Assembly: GCA_951406725.2 (NCBI GenBank)
Contig: OX597819.1
Coordinates: forward strand, 62,558,001 to 62,622,000
DNA: 64,000 bases
DNA from: Octopus vulgaris
Taxonomy: Eukaryota
Direction of reading: 5' to 3'
Part shown: in pieces, positions 28,830-42,390 of the stretch
How positions within the stretch are numbered: the first letter of the stretch is position 1
How the letters are laid out: the number at the start of each line of letters is the position of its first letter
Notes under the pieces: generated by a model
Told to the model about the DNA's origin: nothing
Databases searched by the model: none
What the model saw: only the letters and a program-made list of their open reading frames with translations
Translations under genes and position numbers: made by a program

Positions 28830-29172
28830 GGTCCCGGGTTGATTCGGGGTTAACCACAGTAAATAAGGTACTCAATACATAGCAGAGTAAAATTAATTTA
28901 TTATATAGAAGGAGCTTCTACAGGACTAGAACTGTTTCATTCAAGAGAAATCATCAGGAAGCTAGTTAACAAGAATTGTATTGGCATTTATACATTTAGG
29001 CAGGTTTAAAGGGGTGGTGGTGGGGGACTTTTTTGGGGGTAGGCTTAGCGCAAAAATATCATACTTGGGGGAGTGGTCAAGGAGTCAGTGGTAAATTAGA
29101 TAAAAGAATAAATAAAAGAATAAAAAAATATATAGAAGAATAGAGTTTTAGGTAAATAAGGAGATTCTCACT
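28826..29172 (-). mobile_element. HHR-bearing Penelope-type 3' tail ending at (TA)n; decayed copy at 46952-47060
   Basis: HHR followed by TAATAAA and a terminus abutting (TA)n; the same terminus 'gtaggtcc..ggttgattcggggttaaccacagta' abuts (TA)n at 46952. Confidence 0.7.
28913..28963 (-). ncRNA. Canonical type I hammerhead ribozyme
   Basis: Minus strand: AGCTTC CTGATGA T TTC-tctt-GAA T GAAAC AG-ttctagtc-CT GTA GAAGCT; 6-bp stem I, intact core, GUA cleavage triplet. Confidence 0.85.
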
Positions 29173-29273
29173 TATACATATACACACACACACACACACA
29201 CACATATACATACACACATACATACACACACACACATATATATATATACATATATATATACATACATATATAT

Positions 29274-29314
<41 letters not shown>

Positions 29315-29467
29315 TATGCACATACATATACACACACACATATATATATACACACACGACCACACATACATATACACACAAAAATATATACATACACACA
29401 CATACACATACACACATACACACACATATCCACATACACACATGCACACACAAGTCCCTATATACAC

Positions 29468-29520
<53 letters not shown>

Positions 29521-29655
29521 TACATATACATATGTGTACCTATACATACCTACACATACACACATATACATACAAATACAAACCCATTCCCTAATTTTAA
29601 TTTTATTATCTTCATTTATTACTTTTGTTATCTTTGACCGCTATATATATATATA

Positions 29656-30068
29656 GGCGCAGGAGTGGCTGTGTGGTAAGTAGCTTGCTTACCAACCACA
29701 TGGTTCCGGGTTCAGTCCCACTGCGTGGCATCTTGGGCAAGTGTTTTCTGCTATAGCCTCGGGCCGGCCAATGCCTTGTGAGTGGATTTGGTAGACGGAA
29801 ACTGAAAGAAGCCTATCGTATATATGTATATATATATATATATGTGTGTGTGTGCATGTATTTTTGTCTGTGTTTGTCCCCCTAACATTGCTTGACAACC
29901 GATGGTGGTGTGTTTACGTCCCTGTCACTTAGCGGTTCGGCAACAGAGACCGATAGAATAAGTACTGGGCTTCCAAAGAATAAGTCCCGGGGTCGATTTG
30001 CTCGACTAAAGGCGGTGCTCCAGCATGGCCGCAGTCAAATGACTGAAACAAGTAAAAGAGTAAAAGAG
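29656..30068 (+). mobile_element. Full-length tRNA-derived CORE-type SINE with an internal microsatellite
   Basis: Head GGCGCAGGAGTGGCTGTGTGGTAAG..GGTTCAGTCCC, core 'cttgggcaagtg', (TA/TG)n centre, tail ..gactgaaacaagtaaaagag. Other copies at 14215-14575(-), 39385-39995(+), 41610-42568(-), 43231-43627(-), 52333-52775(+), 57140-57558(+), 60782-61155(+), plus fragments. Confidence 0.9.
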
Positions 30069-30099
30069 AATATACACACACATACTTTGCGTGAAAGAC

Positions 30100-30169
<70 letters not shown>

Positions 30170-30372
30170 ATAGAGAGATGGAGGATGGAGGGACTGAGAA
30201 TGAAGGAAGGAGAGAATTAAAGTTCAAGTTAGCCAAATAGAAATCTAGAAAACCAGAAAGATGAATGTTGTAAATACATGTAAACAATGTCTTTTAGCGG
30301 ATTTTCTTTTCATTTGATGACAGTTTTAAAACAAAAAACAAAACAAAACAAAACAAAAATACTACACATACA

Positions 30373-30425
<53 letters not shown>

Positions 30426-30474
30426 GTATACTTATATAAACTCATACGCATACATAAATACATACATGTGTGTA

Positions 30475-30547
<73 letters not shown>

Positions 30548-30893
30548 ATACTTATATAAACGCATACGCATACATAAATACATACATGTGTGTATATATG
30601 TATGTATATATATATATACCTGTGTGTGTATATATTTATGTATGTATGTATATATGTATGTATGTATGCATGTATGTATATATGCGTATATATTTCCTCA
30701 TACATAAACAACCGAAAACCTATCTACTCTGAGGAAAAGCCATAACAACGTTTATTTTTTTCTGTCTAGTCAATACTAATTAACTATATTTGTCTTTAAT
30801 AGCCAATCGAAAACCGCCATTATCAACAACAAAGATAGCTACGACGACATTAATGGCAAGCTAGTCACATAAGTATCTTCACATCAACAACAA

Positions 30894-30932
<39 letters not shown>

Positions 30933-31167
30933 ATGAAAAGCTATAAGGAAAAACACAATTAACAATATTATCGTCAGCAGCTGCTTAAGTAGCCGCCATG
31001 TACTCGCTTGTAATATTAACGAAATCTACCTCAAATCACTCTACACCTCTAATACAGAAGTGATGTGTTAAGATAATTTAGTTTTAAATGACACTAAACG
31101 GGAAGGATGAGCACGGCTGGAACGCATTCGGTAACATACCTTCTGAATCAGTGTTGATATGAATCCA

Positions 31168-31592
31168 AAGGCGGCGAGCTGGTAGAAACGTTAGCACGCC
31201 GGGCGAAATACGTAGCCGTATTTCGTCTGCCGTTACGTTCTGAATTCAAATTCCGCCGAGGTCGACTTTGCCTTTTATCCTTTCGGGGTCGATAAATTAA
31301 GTACCAGTTACGCACTGGGGTCGATATAATCAACTTAATCCGTTTGTCTGTCCTTGTTTGCCCCTTCTGTGTTTAGCCCCTTGTGGGCAGTAAAGAAATA
31401 GAAATAGGTATTTCGTCTGCCGTTACGTTCTGAGTTCAAATTCCGCCAAGGTCGACTTTGCCTTTCATCCTTACGGGGTCGATAAATTAAGTACCAGTTA
31501 CGCACTGGGGTCGATGTAACCGACATAATCCCTTTGTCTGCTCTTGTTTGTCCCCTCTATGTTTAGCCCCACGTGGGCAATAAAGAAATAAG
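31168..31592 (+). mobile_element. tRNA-derived Nin/Deu-domain SINE with duplicated 3' part
   Basis: GGCGGCGAGCTGGTAGAA..GA(G/A)TTCAAATTCC..gcctttcatcctttcggggtcgataaattaagtacc. Other copies at ~13020, 32180, 32929, 33150, 48185, 49170, 53798(-), 54900(-). Confidence 0.85.
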
Positions 31593-33456
31593 TGTTAATA
31601 TGAATCTAAACAACAATAGCACCAAGAACAACAATTACGGAAGCAGCAAAAAGGCGCTGATAAAGTATTGCAATATCTCCAGCTTTCGATGTACGTACGT
31701 AAAATGAGAGGCTGGTAATTAGGTAAGCTTGCTACGTTGTCTTTAGTTTGATTTTCGTAACTGTCCTCACCTATTGTAATGAATGTTAGGTTAATAACGA
31801 AAGACACGATCGTGAATACAAGCGGTCGAAATAGAGTTCCTGCGAAGCATATCTTGAGTGAGGTTACTCGACAACGTGTCTAGTTCGAAAACCAGGGTGC
31901 CTCTCAAGGCGGTGCCGCTATTTTTCCGCATTGAGAGGTCACAGCCTTGATATCACTGACATATGGTTAGAATGCCGAAGGAAATAATTGCAAGACACAT
32001 TCTTCAATCTGAATCAACTGACACGGAACCGAGAAGTTCACCAAAAATGAAATACTAGGAAATTCAGTGAGAAAGTGTAATATCGGTTGCTTTTCATGGG
32101 GTCCTATGGAGAAGGTACCTGAGGACTGTAAACCCGTGACCCTCTCAAGAATAGTGAAATGGATGTCACCTACTCATTGTCACCTATCTTCGAAACAAAC
32201 TGGCAGAATCGTTAGCACGCCGGCACAATGCTTAGCGGCATTTTTTCTGGCTTTACATTCTGAGTTCAAATTCCGTTGCCGTTGACTTAGTCTTTTTTCT
32301 TTCCGGGTTCGATAAAACAAGTACCAGTCAAACTCTGGAGTCAATGATATCGACTTAACTCCTTCCTCCAAAATTGCAGGCCTTGTGCTAGACTTTGAAA
32401 CCATTTATCTTCGTGACGTACTTTATTCATATTCAGTTCATTATGTCTTTAATTCTTTAATATGAAGAATGAAATTAACTCGGTACAAAAAGCTGATGCG
32501 CTATCCTCCAGGTGACCGAAAAAAATTACTCAAGGAAGCCATTCACACAGAAAATAATAAAAATAGACCCCGCTTCACAAATTAGAACTTAACTGGCCTG
32601 CTTTCTAGATGATGTGTTGACAGTTAGATGACACGAATGAATTCAGAGTTGGGCTAAAAGATAATTTTATTGTCCAAGTGAATAATGAAATAAACGGTCC
32701 AACGTATAACAAAAGATACATCGTCAAGGAAGGTGACGGAAGGTAAATAAGTGATGAAAGATAAATAAGTTGAATAACCGCATAACATTTAGTGAATAAG
32801 ACTACAAATTTATCATTATCATTTACACAAGCTTATAACGCAATCACGCACAGATATACACTTATATATGCATTCTGTATTAAGATATATGTATACGCCA
32901 TAAGGTATATCATTAGTAGTCATAGCAAAGGCGGCGAGCTGGCAGAAACGTTATCACGCCGGGCGAAATGCTTTGCGGCATTCCGTCAGCCCTTACGTTC
33001 AAATTCCGCCGAGGTCGACTTTACCTTTCATCCTTTCGTGGGCGATTAAACAAGTACCAGTTATGCACTGGGATCCATATAATCAACTGGCTCCCTTCCA
33101 CCGTAATTTCAGGCCTTGTGAAAGAAACGATTATTAGTCATAGCAAGAAGGCGGTGAGTTTGAAGAATCATTATCGCGCCGGCCCAAAATGCTAAACATC
33201 TTTTCTTCCGACTCTTTACCTTCTGAGCTCAAATTCCGTCGAGTTTGACTTTATCTCTCATCCTTTCGAGGTCGATAGAATAAGTATCAGTGGAACACTG
33301 TGAGCCGATATAATCGATTAACCACCAAGTCCTAAAATTGCTGGCCTTGTGCCGAAATTAGAAAGAATTATTAGCCTTAATTAGGTATTTTTGATCAGAA
33401 GTAAATTACTTTAAATAAATGCTCAGTACATACAGACGTACGTGAGTACACCCCAC

Positions 33457-33495
<39 letters not shown>

Positions 33496-34709
33496 TGTAC
33501 ATGTGTCTGTATGTATGCATGTTATGCATGTGTCGACTATGCAGTACTAACAAGCAATATTTAATGATGACTGAAGGAAAAATAAAAATCTGCGTTTGTA
33601 AAGGTGACGCATGACTACTCTTTCCAGTTATATCTGGTGTTTGAAGGACACTGTGTCTTATTACAGTGTCAGATGGAAAACAATTGGAAGATACACATCA
33701 TATAAAGTTGGCAACGAAATATATTCTCTACATGCTGTTAAAAATAATGTAATGTTGAAAAATTCTAGTTAAACCGTTATTTACCTTAATTCCGAATCCT
33801 ATACAATCAACAAATATACACAATAATGCTAAAATATACACAATAAATTGGCTAAAATCCACCATGAATATATGACACATAAGTAATCGTATCCTGTTAA
33901 GTGCACAGTTGTAAATACATGATTGTCGGCATTACACCTTAATCTCTGATCTCGAAATTTAAACTTAATCTAGATTTCACATGTTACTTTCTAAAAATTA
34001 TTCTGGAAACGCTTCACACTGCATGTTATATCTCATTAATTATTCATATCCATTTACATACCTCTCTATGCATCTAGCAGAGTAACAGCTTCTTTGAAGA
34101 CCAGTGGCCGAGTGGTTAGGGTGTTCGTGTCACGGTCGTAAGGTGATAAGTTCGATTCCTTGCGATGCCTTGTGTCCTTGAGCAAAAGGCTTTATTCCAT
34201 GTTGCTCCAGAGTCCACTCAGCTGACAAAAACGAGTTGTACCAGTAATCTAAAGAGCGAGCTTCAGCATATTCTGTGTCACGCTGTATCACCATGAGAAG
34301 TACATGTATGGTACGCGTGTTTGTGGAATGCTCAACCACTTTCACATCAAGTTCACGAGGAGCAGGCTGACCCGTAGATCGGTTCAACTGGAACACTCGC
34401 CGTCTTAACCGACGGAGGACCAGTTTTTTTTTGTTACAATTTCCGTTCACTGACGAGAAAACTACGTTTAGAAGAAATTCTAGGCCATATCCCTTTATGT
34501 CTTTTGACGGACGTCCTCACTTGTTTTCAAATATCTGGTAACCAGATATTTCTAAATATTTCGGGTTTTCGTCGTTAACGAAAAATCAAGACAAATTTAG
34601 TTCCAGAACGACCAAATGAGAGTATTATATAATTGTTACATCACGCACAAAGCAGTCTGAAGCCAATAACAATTGTAATCGAACAGTTGATTGTATTACA
34701 CACACACTT

Positions 34710-34765
<56 letters not shown>

Positions 34766-35556
34766 ACACAGACACATACACACACACAATGTGATATATA
34801 TAACGCACAGCCACCGTCGTTGGCAGTTGTTTACCTTCCAGTCCTGATGAAATTGAAAGTCGCCGATCTGTTACGACTTTAGCACGTAAGAGAAATATTA
34901 CTTCAACAATAACATCAACAACAACAACAATAAAAACAATAACAAACACTTTAAAACGTATCAACAATTTTTATTTTTCTATGCAGTATTTTCTTATTTA
35001 ATTTTTCAGTGAACTTATTAGGATGTTTTCTTTTTCTTTTATATTTATCAAAAAATATACAAATGGTAAAATGGCGACGAAGTTCTAATTTTAGTCAATA
35101 AACATTTGATAGTGTGTTATCGATCTCTAAGGTAAGCTGATTGTTATTGATGATTATCATTCTAATTCTGTTTTGTAATGTATTTTGGTGTTGTTGAATT
35201 ATTTTTCTTTATTTCTAATGCTTTTTTATGTATTTTTCTAATATTATTATTTTTCGTAATTTTCAACCAATCGACACTCAGACAAACATTAAGAAATAAC
35301 CGAGACTTTTAAAACTGCTGCTTTATGTCTGCCTTCATCTTTCCTTATTTAAAATATGGTACTGCTCAATGTGTCCGTATGTTATTGTATAATACACACA
35401 TACACATACACACACATTCATATATATATATATATATATATGTATATGTATGTATGCAGTGGTTGGACAATATAATGGACACATCATTTTATTTAACTAA
35501 TTTTCCTACTGGCGGTAGTACAAGTTCAGAACTTTTCGTTATTTACATTCGACGGG

Positions 35557-35835
35557 TATTTAAGAGATGAGGAATTATGCACATTATTTACATTCGACGG
35601 ATATTTGTCCTCCTCTTGTTTGTTGTTAACACAACGTTTCGGCTCATATACCCTCCAGCCTTCTTCAAGTATCTTGGGGAAATTTCGAACCTGGGTTCTC
35701 ATTTCTAAGGTATTCCAAGACACCTGAAGAAGGTTGGCGGGTATATCAGCCGAAACGTTGTGTTAACAACAAACAAGAGGAGGACAAATATCCGTCGAAT
35801 GTAAATAATGTGCATAATTCCTCATCTCTTAAATA
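35557..35835. repeat. ~120-bp inverted repeat; each arm carries a minimal hammerhead
   Basis: Arms 35557-35677 and 35715-35835; partial third copy at ~43893-43955. Confidence 0.85.
35719..35764 (+). ncRNA. Minimal type I hammerhead (Penelope-type)
   Basis: GACAC CTGAAGA A GGTTG-gcgggtatat-CAGCC GAAAC GT T GTGTT; mirror copy on the minus strand at 35673-35628. Confidence 0.7.
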
Positions 35836-36787
35836 TTGAACTGTACGTCCAGAACTGTTCAGTTCCGTACATTTGTTCATCTGTATCATGTATGCCTTGC
35901 ACCTCATCGTCTGGCTTTGTGTTTCTTGTTTTGCAGATATTTATATTTAAATAAGTTTGATGTTGTTATTACACTGTGCCTAGGTGTGATACAGTCGGCA
36001 TATAATCACAAATACTTCAGAAGGGATTTTCTTTTAAAACGATATTTAATATAACTTTCTCATTTCAAGAAAGTGGAGTATTATTTAAGGTAAACTTAAC
36101 TGAAATTTCTAACAGATGGAAGACTTAGTGTATAACAGCGATTCTTAAGGCTTCTTCTGTTATTTATCTGCTAGGTTTGATGTATTTCGGAATCTACACC
36201 CTTACACTCAAACAAAACCGGATGAAGCATTAATCAATCTCTGATTCGAGTTTGATTAATGTATCATCCGGATTTGTCGAACGGACGAGAACCGCGAAGA
36301 GACTTTTAACTTGCATAAGGAAGTACACATACTACATATATGTGTGTTATTTCCTCATTGGAAATTTCCCTGATATATACTGGGCATATTCCACTCCTCC
36401 CACCCCCACTCATATAAGCATACTACATATATAAACACATACATACGCGCTTGGATGCATACGTATATGCATGCATACATACATGCATGCATACATACAT
36501 GCATGCATACATACATGCATACATACATGCATATATACTCACGTACATGCATAAAGCAAAACGTGCACATCTGCATACATACATACATACATACATATAT
36601 AAATACATACAAACAAACAAAAATACCTTGTTACCTTGTTGTTGATGTTGAAATTCCAATAAAGGAGCCTTTTATCTAGGTTAGAAACCGGCTCTTTCTC
36701 TATTGGCAAGAAATCTTGAAATAAAAGTGAACAATGATACATGCACATACACGCACACGCACACACAGACACACACACATATGCACT

Positions 36788-37630
36788 CTAGTTGATGTAC
36801 CCAGTAATACCTGGGAGCGAGGATATTCCCAGTACCCGTTACAATGCCTAATTTCTCTCAGACTAAAAATGAAATCACGTCATAATACAATTAATAGAAA
36901 ATTCATTCACGAAACAATAACACAAATAAATACGTGTGGAATCGGAAAATGACAATCGTTTGGTTAGATGAGTGGAAAGCTGCAAATATATGATTAATGG
37001 AAACATCAAGAAGGGAATTGTGAACGAGTGCTACGAAGAAAAAAAAAAGAACATAAAAGTTTGAAAAGTAAACAACAAATTATTTAGAGAAGAGGCACTT
37101 AATTTGACAACTGTGCTTCATGAGCATAGTTCCACTGATCGTGAGAATCAAATGTCGATTGCAACGGTCAGAACCGACAATTTTAAGTGCAGGTGTTAAG
37201 AAAATTGTTACAGCAATCTGAGAATGCTGAAATAATTGCTAAGCATTTTAACACCACAAAAATTTATGCCAAATTACGTTGATAAGTTAATCAAAAATCA
37301 TCTTACGTTTTATTTGAGTAATCTAGGTAAAAATTTATTTGTCTCAACCCATCCTTAACGTGTATTCCATCTGTGTATAAAATTTCAAGAAAATCGGTTG
37401 AAAACTTAAAGTTTTGCCAGAAAATAACATTCATATGAAAATTTGCATTGAAATGTCCTATTGATTTTTGAAAATCGATGCTGATTAATAATTACCGATT
37501 TTTTTGAAATTCCAAGTGCGTAAGTGATCGCGTGGGTATAAGCCCCACCACACGTGTCAAGTTTCATCGAGATCGGTTGGATAGTTTCGGAGGGGTTAAA
37601 GAAACAAATTGAAAAACACACACGCACACA
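36788..37630 (-). mobile_element. Non-autonomous Helitron-like element
   Basis: Minus-strand 3' end CCCAG-GTATTA-CTGGG..CAACTAG; typical 5'-region motif 'gaaactatccaaccgatctcgatgaaacttgac' after a GT tract; homologous to 8658-9405. Confidence 0.65.
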
Positions 37631-37789
37631 CTACGGTGGAAAAAAAGTCCTGACATTCTTAAATAAGTTGAAGCACACATGAGAATATCCCCTGTCTTGA
37701 AAGACTGATATAAGATCCTGAACATTCTATAAGAGTTAAGGTTCATGTTGTAACTTAATGCAAATCCGTACTCCAAAAGCATTCGTAAG

Positions 37790-38580
37790 TTAAGAGGGGG
37801 TACACTGAGAAGTTAAACCTTGTTTAAATAAAGCGCCGGGAACCGAACTCACGACCTTATTAGTCCTCGACCGCCGCCTTAGCCGCGTGGTTACACACGG
37901 ACACACAGACACTCGCGGTCGATATCGCGACGACGCCCTTTCGATTGCACCACGTCGCCTGTTGCTGGCGGCGGGCCGCAGCCACCTCTTTGCTCGCTCC
38001 GAACGCCGCTGCTAATCACTTGCACGTTTCGTCCAACGTCTTCACTTCGGAGCACTGGGCAGAGATCGCATCGTGTTCGTCCGACACACGCACTCGTGCT
38101 CGATCCCGCTGATGACGGCGACGGCGACCTTATTACCCGAAGACCCTGACCACTAGGCCACGTGCCTTCACTCAAAAGTGAAGTAATGATTGGACCCCGC
38201 ATCACGGATATCATTTTAATAGAACAGGTGAGCTGTTTCTCTCCCTCACCGTTGTTGAAAGACTGAAAAGTGGGATTTAGTTGGGGAATTGCACAAAATT
38301 CCACCGACAAATGCTCAGAATCTATACGAGTCAATTCCTCGCACAAGTTGTGATTGCAACTAAATCCGTGTTGAATTATAAACCTCCCATTAAACAAGAA
38401 GTTTCTATTATTTGGTCCAATCCGCACGAGCGCACGCGTGCACGCGCAAGAAGAACCACGAGGAAATACGAGAAGAAACGAGACGCAAAAACTGGAAGGG
38501 TGAATAAAAACGTACTGTGTACGCTGATGGATGTGTTTCTCTCACTGGACTGTTTTTGATTATCTTACCTTAACGGAACA
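37790..38580 (+). mobile_element. Possible LTR remnant (GC/CpG-rich)
   Basis: Purine tract AAGAGGGGG at ~37792-37800, CpG-rich body, AATAAA at ~38503, ends ..GGAACA. No canonical TG start, second LTR or TSD seen. Confidence 0.3.
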
Positions 38581-38667
38581 GTAAACAACACACACATACA
38601 CAAACGAGTATATATATGTATGTATATTTATATGCATATGTATGTGTATGTGTGTATACATACATGT

Positions 38668-38722
<55 letters not shown>

Positions 38723-38853
38723 CATATATACATACATATATATATATGTATGTGTATACATATATATTCTTTTAATTGTTTCACTCATTTGATTGCGACT
38801 ATACTGGAGCACTATATATATATATATAATATTATATATATATATATATACGC

Positions 38854-38888
<35 letters not shown>

Positions 38889-38927
38889 CATACATAGACA
38901 GACACAGACAGACAGACACACACACGC

Positions 38928-39005
<78 letters not shown>

Positions 39006-39110
39006 ATTCCGATGGGTAATGTGAGTAATCTACACAAGATATTTTCTTTGATGTCAATTTTACCATTTAGTTGGAAAGAGAAAAATAAAAGAATCTAGCG
39101 ACAATAGTAA

Positions 39111-39156
<46 letters not shown>

Positions 39157-39598
39157 GGGAGAGGAAGAGGGTGGGAGAGTCTGATAATTTAAATTCTGCA
39201 ATGAATTTATCAGCTTCGCAATTTACATAATAAATATTCTACTCTATTACATATTCATATATACGGGAGAACCAGTGTCATTTAGTTCGTGATTACGCCG
39301 ACTATCTTGTAAATACACACGCAAACACATTATATGCATGAACGGGTTTATATACGTATATATATGTGATGGCACAGCACAGGCAAAGGCATGGCTGGGC
39401 GGTTAAGAAGCTAGCTTTGCAACCACGCCGTTTCGGGTTCAGTCCCACAGTGCAGGACCTTGGACAAGTGACTTCTGGTGAAGCTTCTGACAGACTAATG
39501 CAATGGGAGAAAATTTGGTGGACGGTAACTGTGTGAAGCCCATCCTATATACATACATACATACATACATACATACATAGATATATATATATATATAG

Positions 39599-39661
<63 letters not shown>

Positions 39662-39730
39662 CATGTGTGTGTATATATATACATACATACATAAATACAC
39701 ACATACACACACACAGAAACACACACACAA

Positions 39731-39763
<33 letters not shown>

Positions 39764-40107
39764 CATACGCACACACACAAATGTGTGTTGTATGTTGGGT
39801 TTTTGTGTTTGCGATTGTACCCACCAGCTTGACAACGGGTGGTGGTTTGTTTACTTTGTCGTAATATTACGTTTCGGTAAATGACCACGTGAGAATAAGT
39901 ACTGGTCATAAATAATTACTGGACTAAATTTGTTTGAGTAAAAGCTCTTCAAACTGGTGCTCCAGCGTGGCCGCAGCCCAATAGGTAAAAAAAGATGAAG
40001 ATAAAACATAACAGATATGCATATACACACATATACATATATATATACTCACTCACACACTTCTGTCTGTCTGTTCATGTATTTATACATCTCTTTATAC
40101 TCGTATC

Positions 40108-40157
<50 letters not shown>

Positions 40158-40158
40158 A

Positions 40159-40225
<67 letters not shown>

Positions 40226-40694
40226 AGAATGTCTGCTGTCTGCTGTCTGCCTGACTGCCTGTCTATGCGTTTGGCTGTCTGCCTGTCCGTCCGCCTGTCT
40301 CTCTCATCTCTCTCTGTTTGCCTGTCTGTCTGTCTAATAATCTATCTATCCATTCATCTATTTACGCAACCCCTAATCCTCGTCTCTCTCTCTATCTCTC
40401 TCTCCCTCTCTATCTATCTATGTATACGTCCGCCTGTCTATCCGGCTGCCTGTCTGCCTATCCGTCCGCCTGTCTTCTCTTTCTCCATTTGTTTGCCTGT
40501 CTGCCTGTACAATTGTGAAAAATTCACATCCACATTAAGCAAAAGCTTATTCTGTAATCAAGGGAGAGTATTATACAAATGTATCTCACGAGAGTTATTT
40601 CCCCTGAAAATATTTTAGTGCACTACGGTCATTATAAATTAAAGCTTTCATATTGATGACCATTTCAAGAAGCGTCATTTGCCCACATCCTCCA

Positions 40695-40888
<194 letters not shown>

Positions 40889-41833
40889 CTTTAGAAATCA
40901 TTAATGCCCAGAAATCCCACTGAGTTTGTATTTGCTGTTAGGCCGTTGTATAACGCTAAGTCATTCTGGATTGAAAAGTGCAACGGAAATGCCTTTCAGC
41001 TTGTGACTATGTCTTATTGTCATCATTTATCATTTATTTGTTTCAGTCGTTTGACTGTGGCCATACAGGGGCACCGCTTTGAATGGTTTTAGGCGAAAAG
41101 ATCGGGTACTTACCCTCTCATTTTCTTTATGCTAACCGTTGAGTTAGGTGAACCTAAAGAAACCAATAGCAGTTCTCAAGATGTGAACACACACATACAC
41201 CACACCATACACCACACATATACACACACAGACATAAACACGTAGACACACAAACACAGATCAGATCAACTGGAACGCTCGTCGTTGCAACCGACGGAAT
41301 GCCATGATTTACCTATGGACTCCATTTTGGTTTATATTTTACTCGAGTGGACCCTCATCGCCTTTCGATGCTTAAAGAAGTCTATTATATTTTTATAATT
41401 AAATATTATTAGGAATTTTATTAAAACATTGTTCAATTTTATCAACAAAATCTTATACGGACTCTCGGTGGTTGAAAATCACTGTCTAAGGGCACCAGCT
41501 TTCTCTGCTATCTCCCAACCTCGTGCATGCAAAGTTACCCATTTACGTTTTCTGTGCTGATTGCCCAAGGAAACGACTTATGTCACCATGTTACAATAAA
41601 TTCATTAATCTTTTACTCTTTTACTTGTTTCAGTCATTTGAATGTGGCCATGCTGGAGCACCGCCTTTAGTCAAGCAAATCGACCCCAGAACTTATTCTT
41701 TGTAAGCCTAGGACTTATTCGATCGGTCTATTTTGCCGAACCGCTAAGTTACGGGGACGTAAGCACACCAGCATCGGTTGTCAAGCGATGTTGGGAGGAC
41801 AAACACAGACACACAAACATATACACACACATA

Positions 41834-42390
41834 TCTATTATATAAAATCATTCTGAATATCTGTGTGTGTGTGTCTTCTAGGATCTCGGGCATCCTCCAT
41901 CCGATTGCGCTCAAATTTAATATATAGATACCGACGGTATCAGGGCGTGTATAAGTCTTGCAAAAATTACAAAAATCGATTCCAGGTGAGAATGCGATCG
42001 ATAAAGCTGTTTTTGTCCTGCTTTTCTTCCGTCAGCCTGTACATAACTGCACCTTCCATTTTTTGTTGTTTTTGTACTGCTTAAAGGCACGTTTCTTTCC
42101 TGCCAAGCTTACTGTTTAAACCATGTTTGTGTTCTCCCAGTCAACAGCCTTATCATTACTGGTACTTTAAACTCTTCGGTTGCATATTTGTGTGAATAAA
42201 GTCGTTTTCTTTGGAATAGAAATAGTCTATCTTTATTTCGTCTTTGGCTGGTGTCTCAATTTTAGGTTAAATCAGTGTTTCTCAAAGGGGAGGCCTATGG
42301 GACGGTCGGACAAGTTGTTTAGAGAAAATTTGGTTTAAATGTTTGACAACTCAGCACCGTCCATTGGACGGGGGATGGGCGTTTTGCTCG
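41834..42390 (+). mobile_element. Non-autonomous Helitron nested in the central microsatellite of a SINE
   Basis: 5' A|TCTATTATATAAAA; 3' hairpin CCGTCCA-T-TGGACGG and terminus TTTTGCTCG|T; SINE tail to the left and SINE head to the right. Confidence 0.7.

Noticed and set aside
29656-29725. tRNA genes
   Set aside because: The A/B-box sequences here and elsewhere are SINE heads that continue into core and tail domains and lack a complete cloverleaf.
35457-35485. Tc1-like TIR CAGTGGTTGGACAATATAATGGACAC
   Set aside because: Only one end was found, with no partner TIR or transposase nearby.
36655-36708. Hairpin region with GAAACCGG, possibly another ribozyme
   Set aside because: No recognisable CUGANGA-equivalent segment could be placed.
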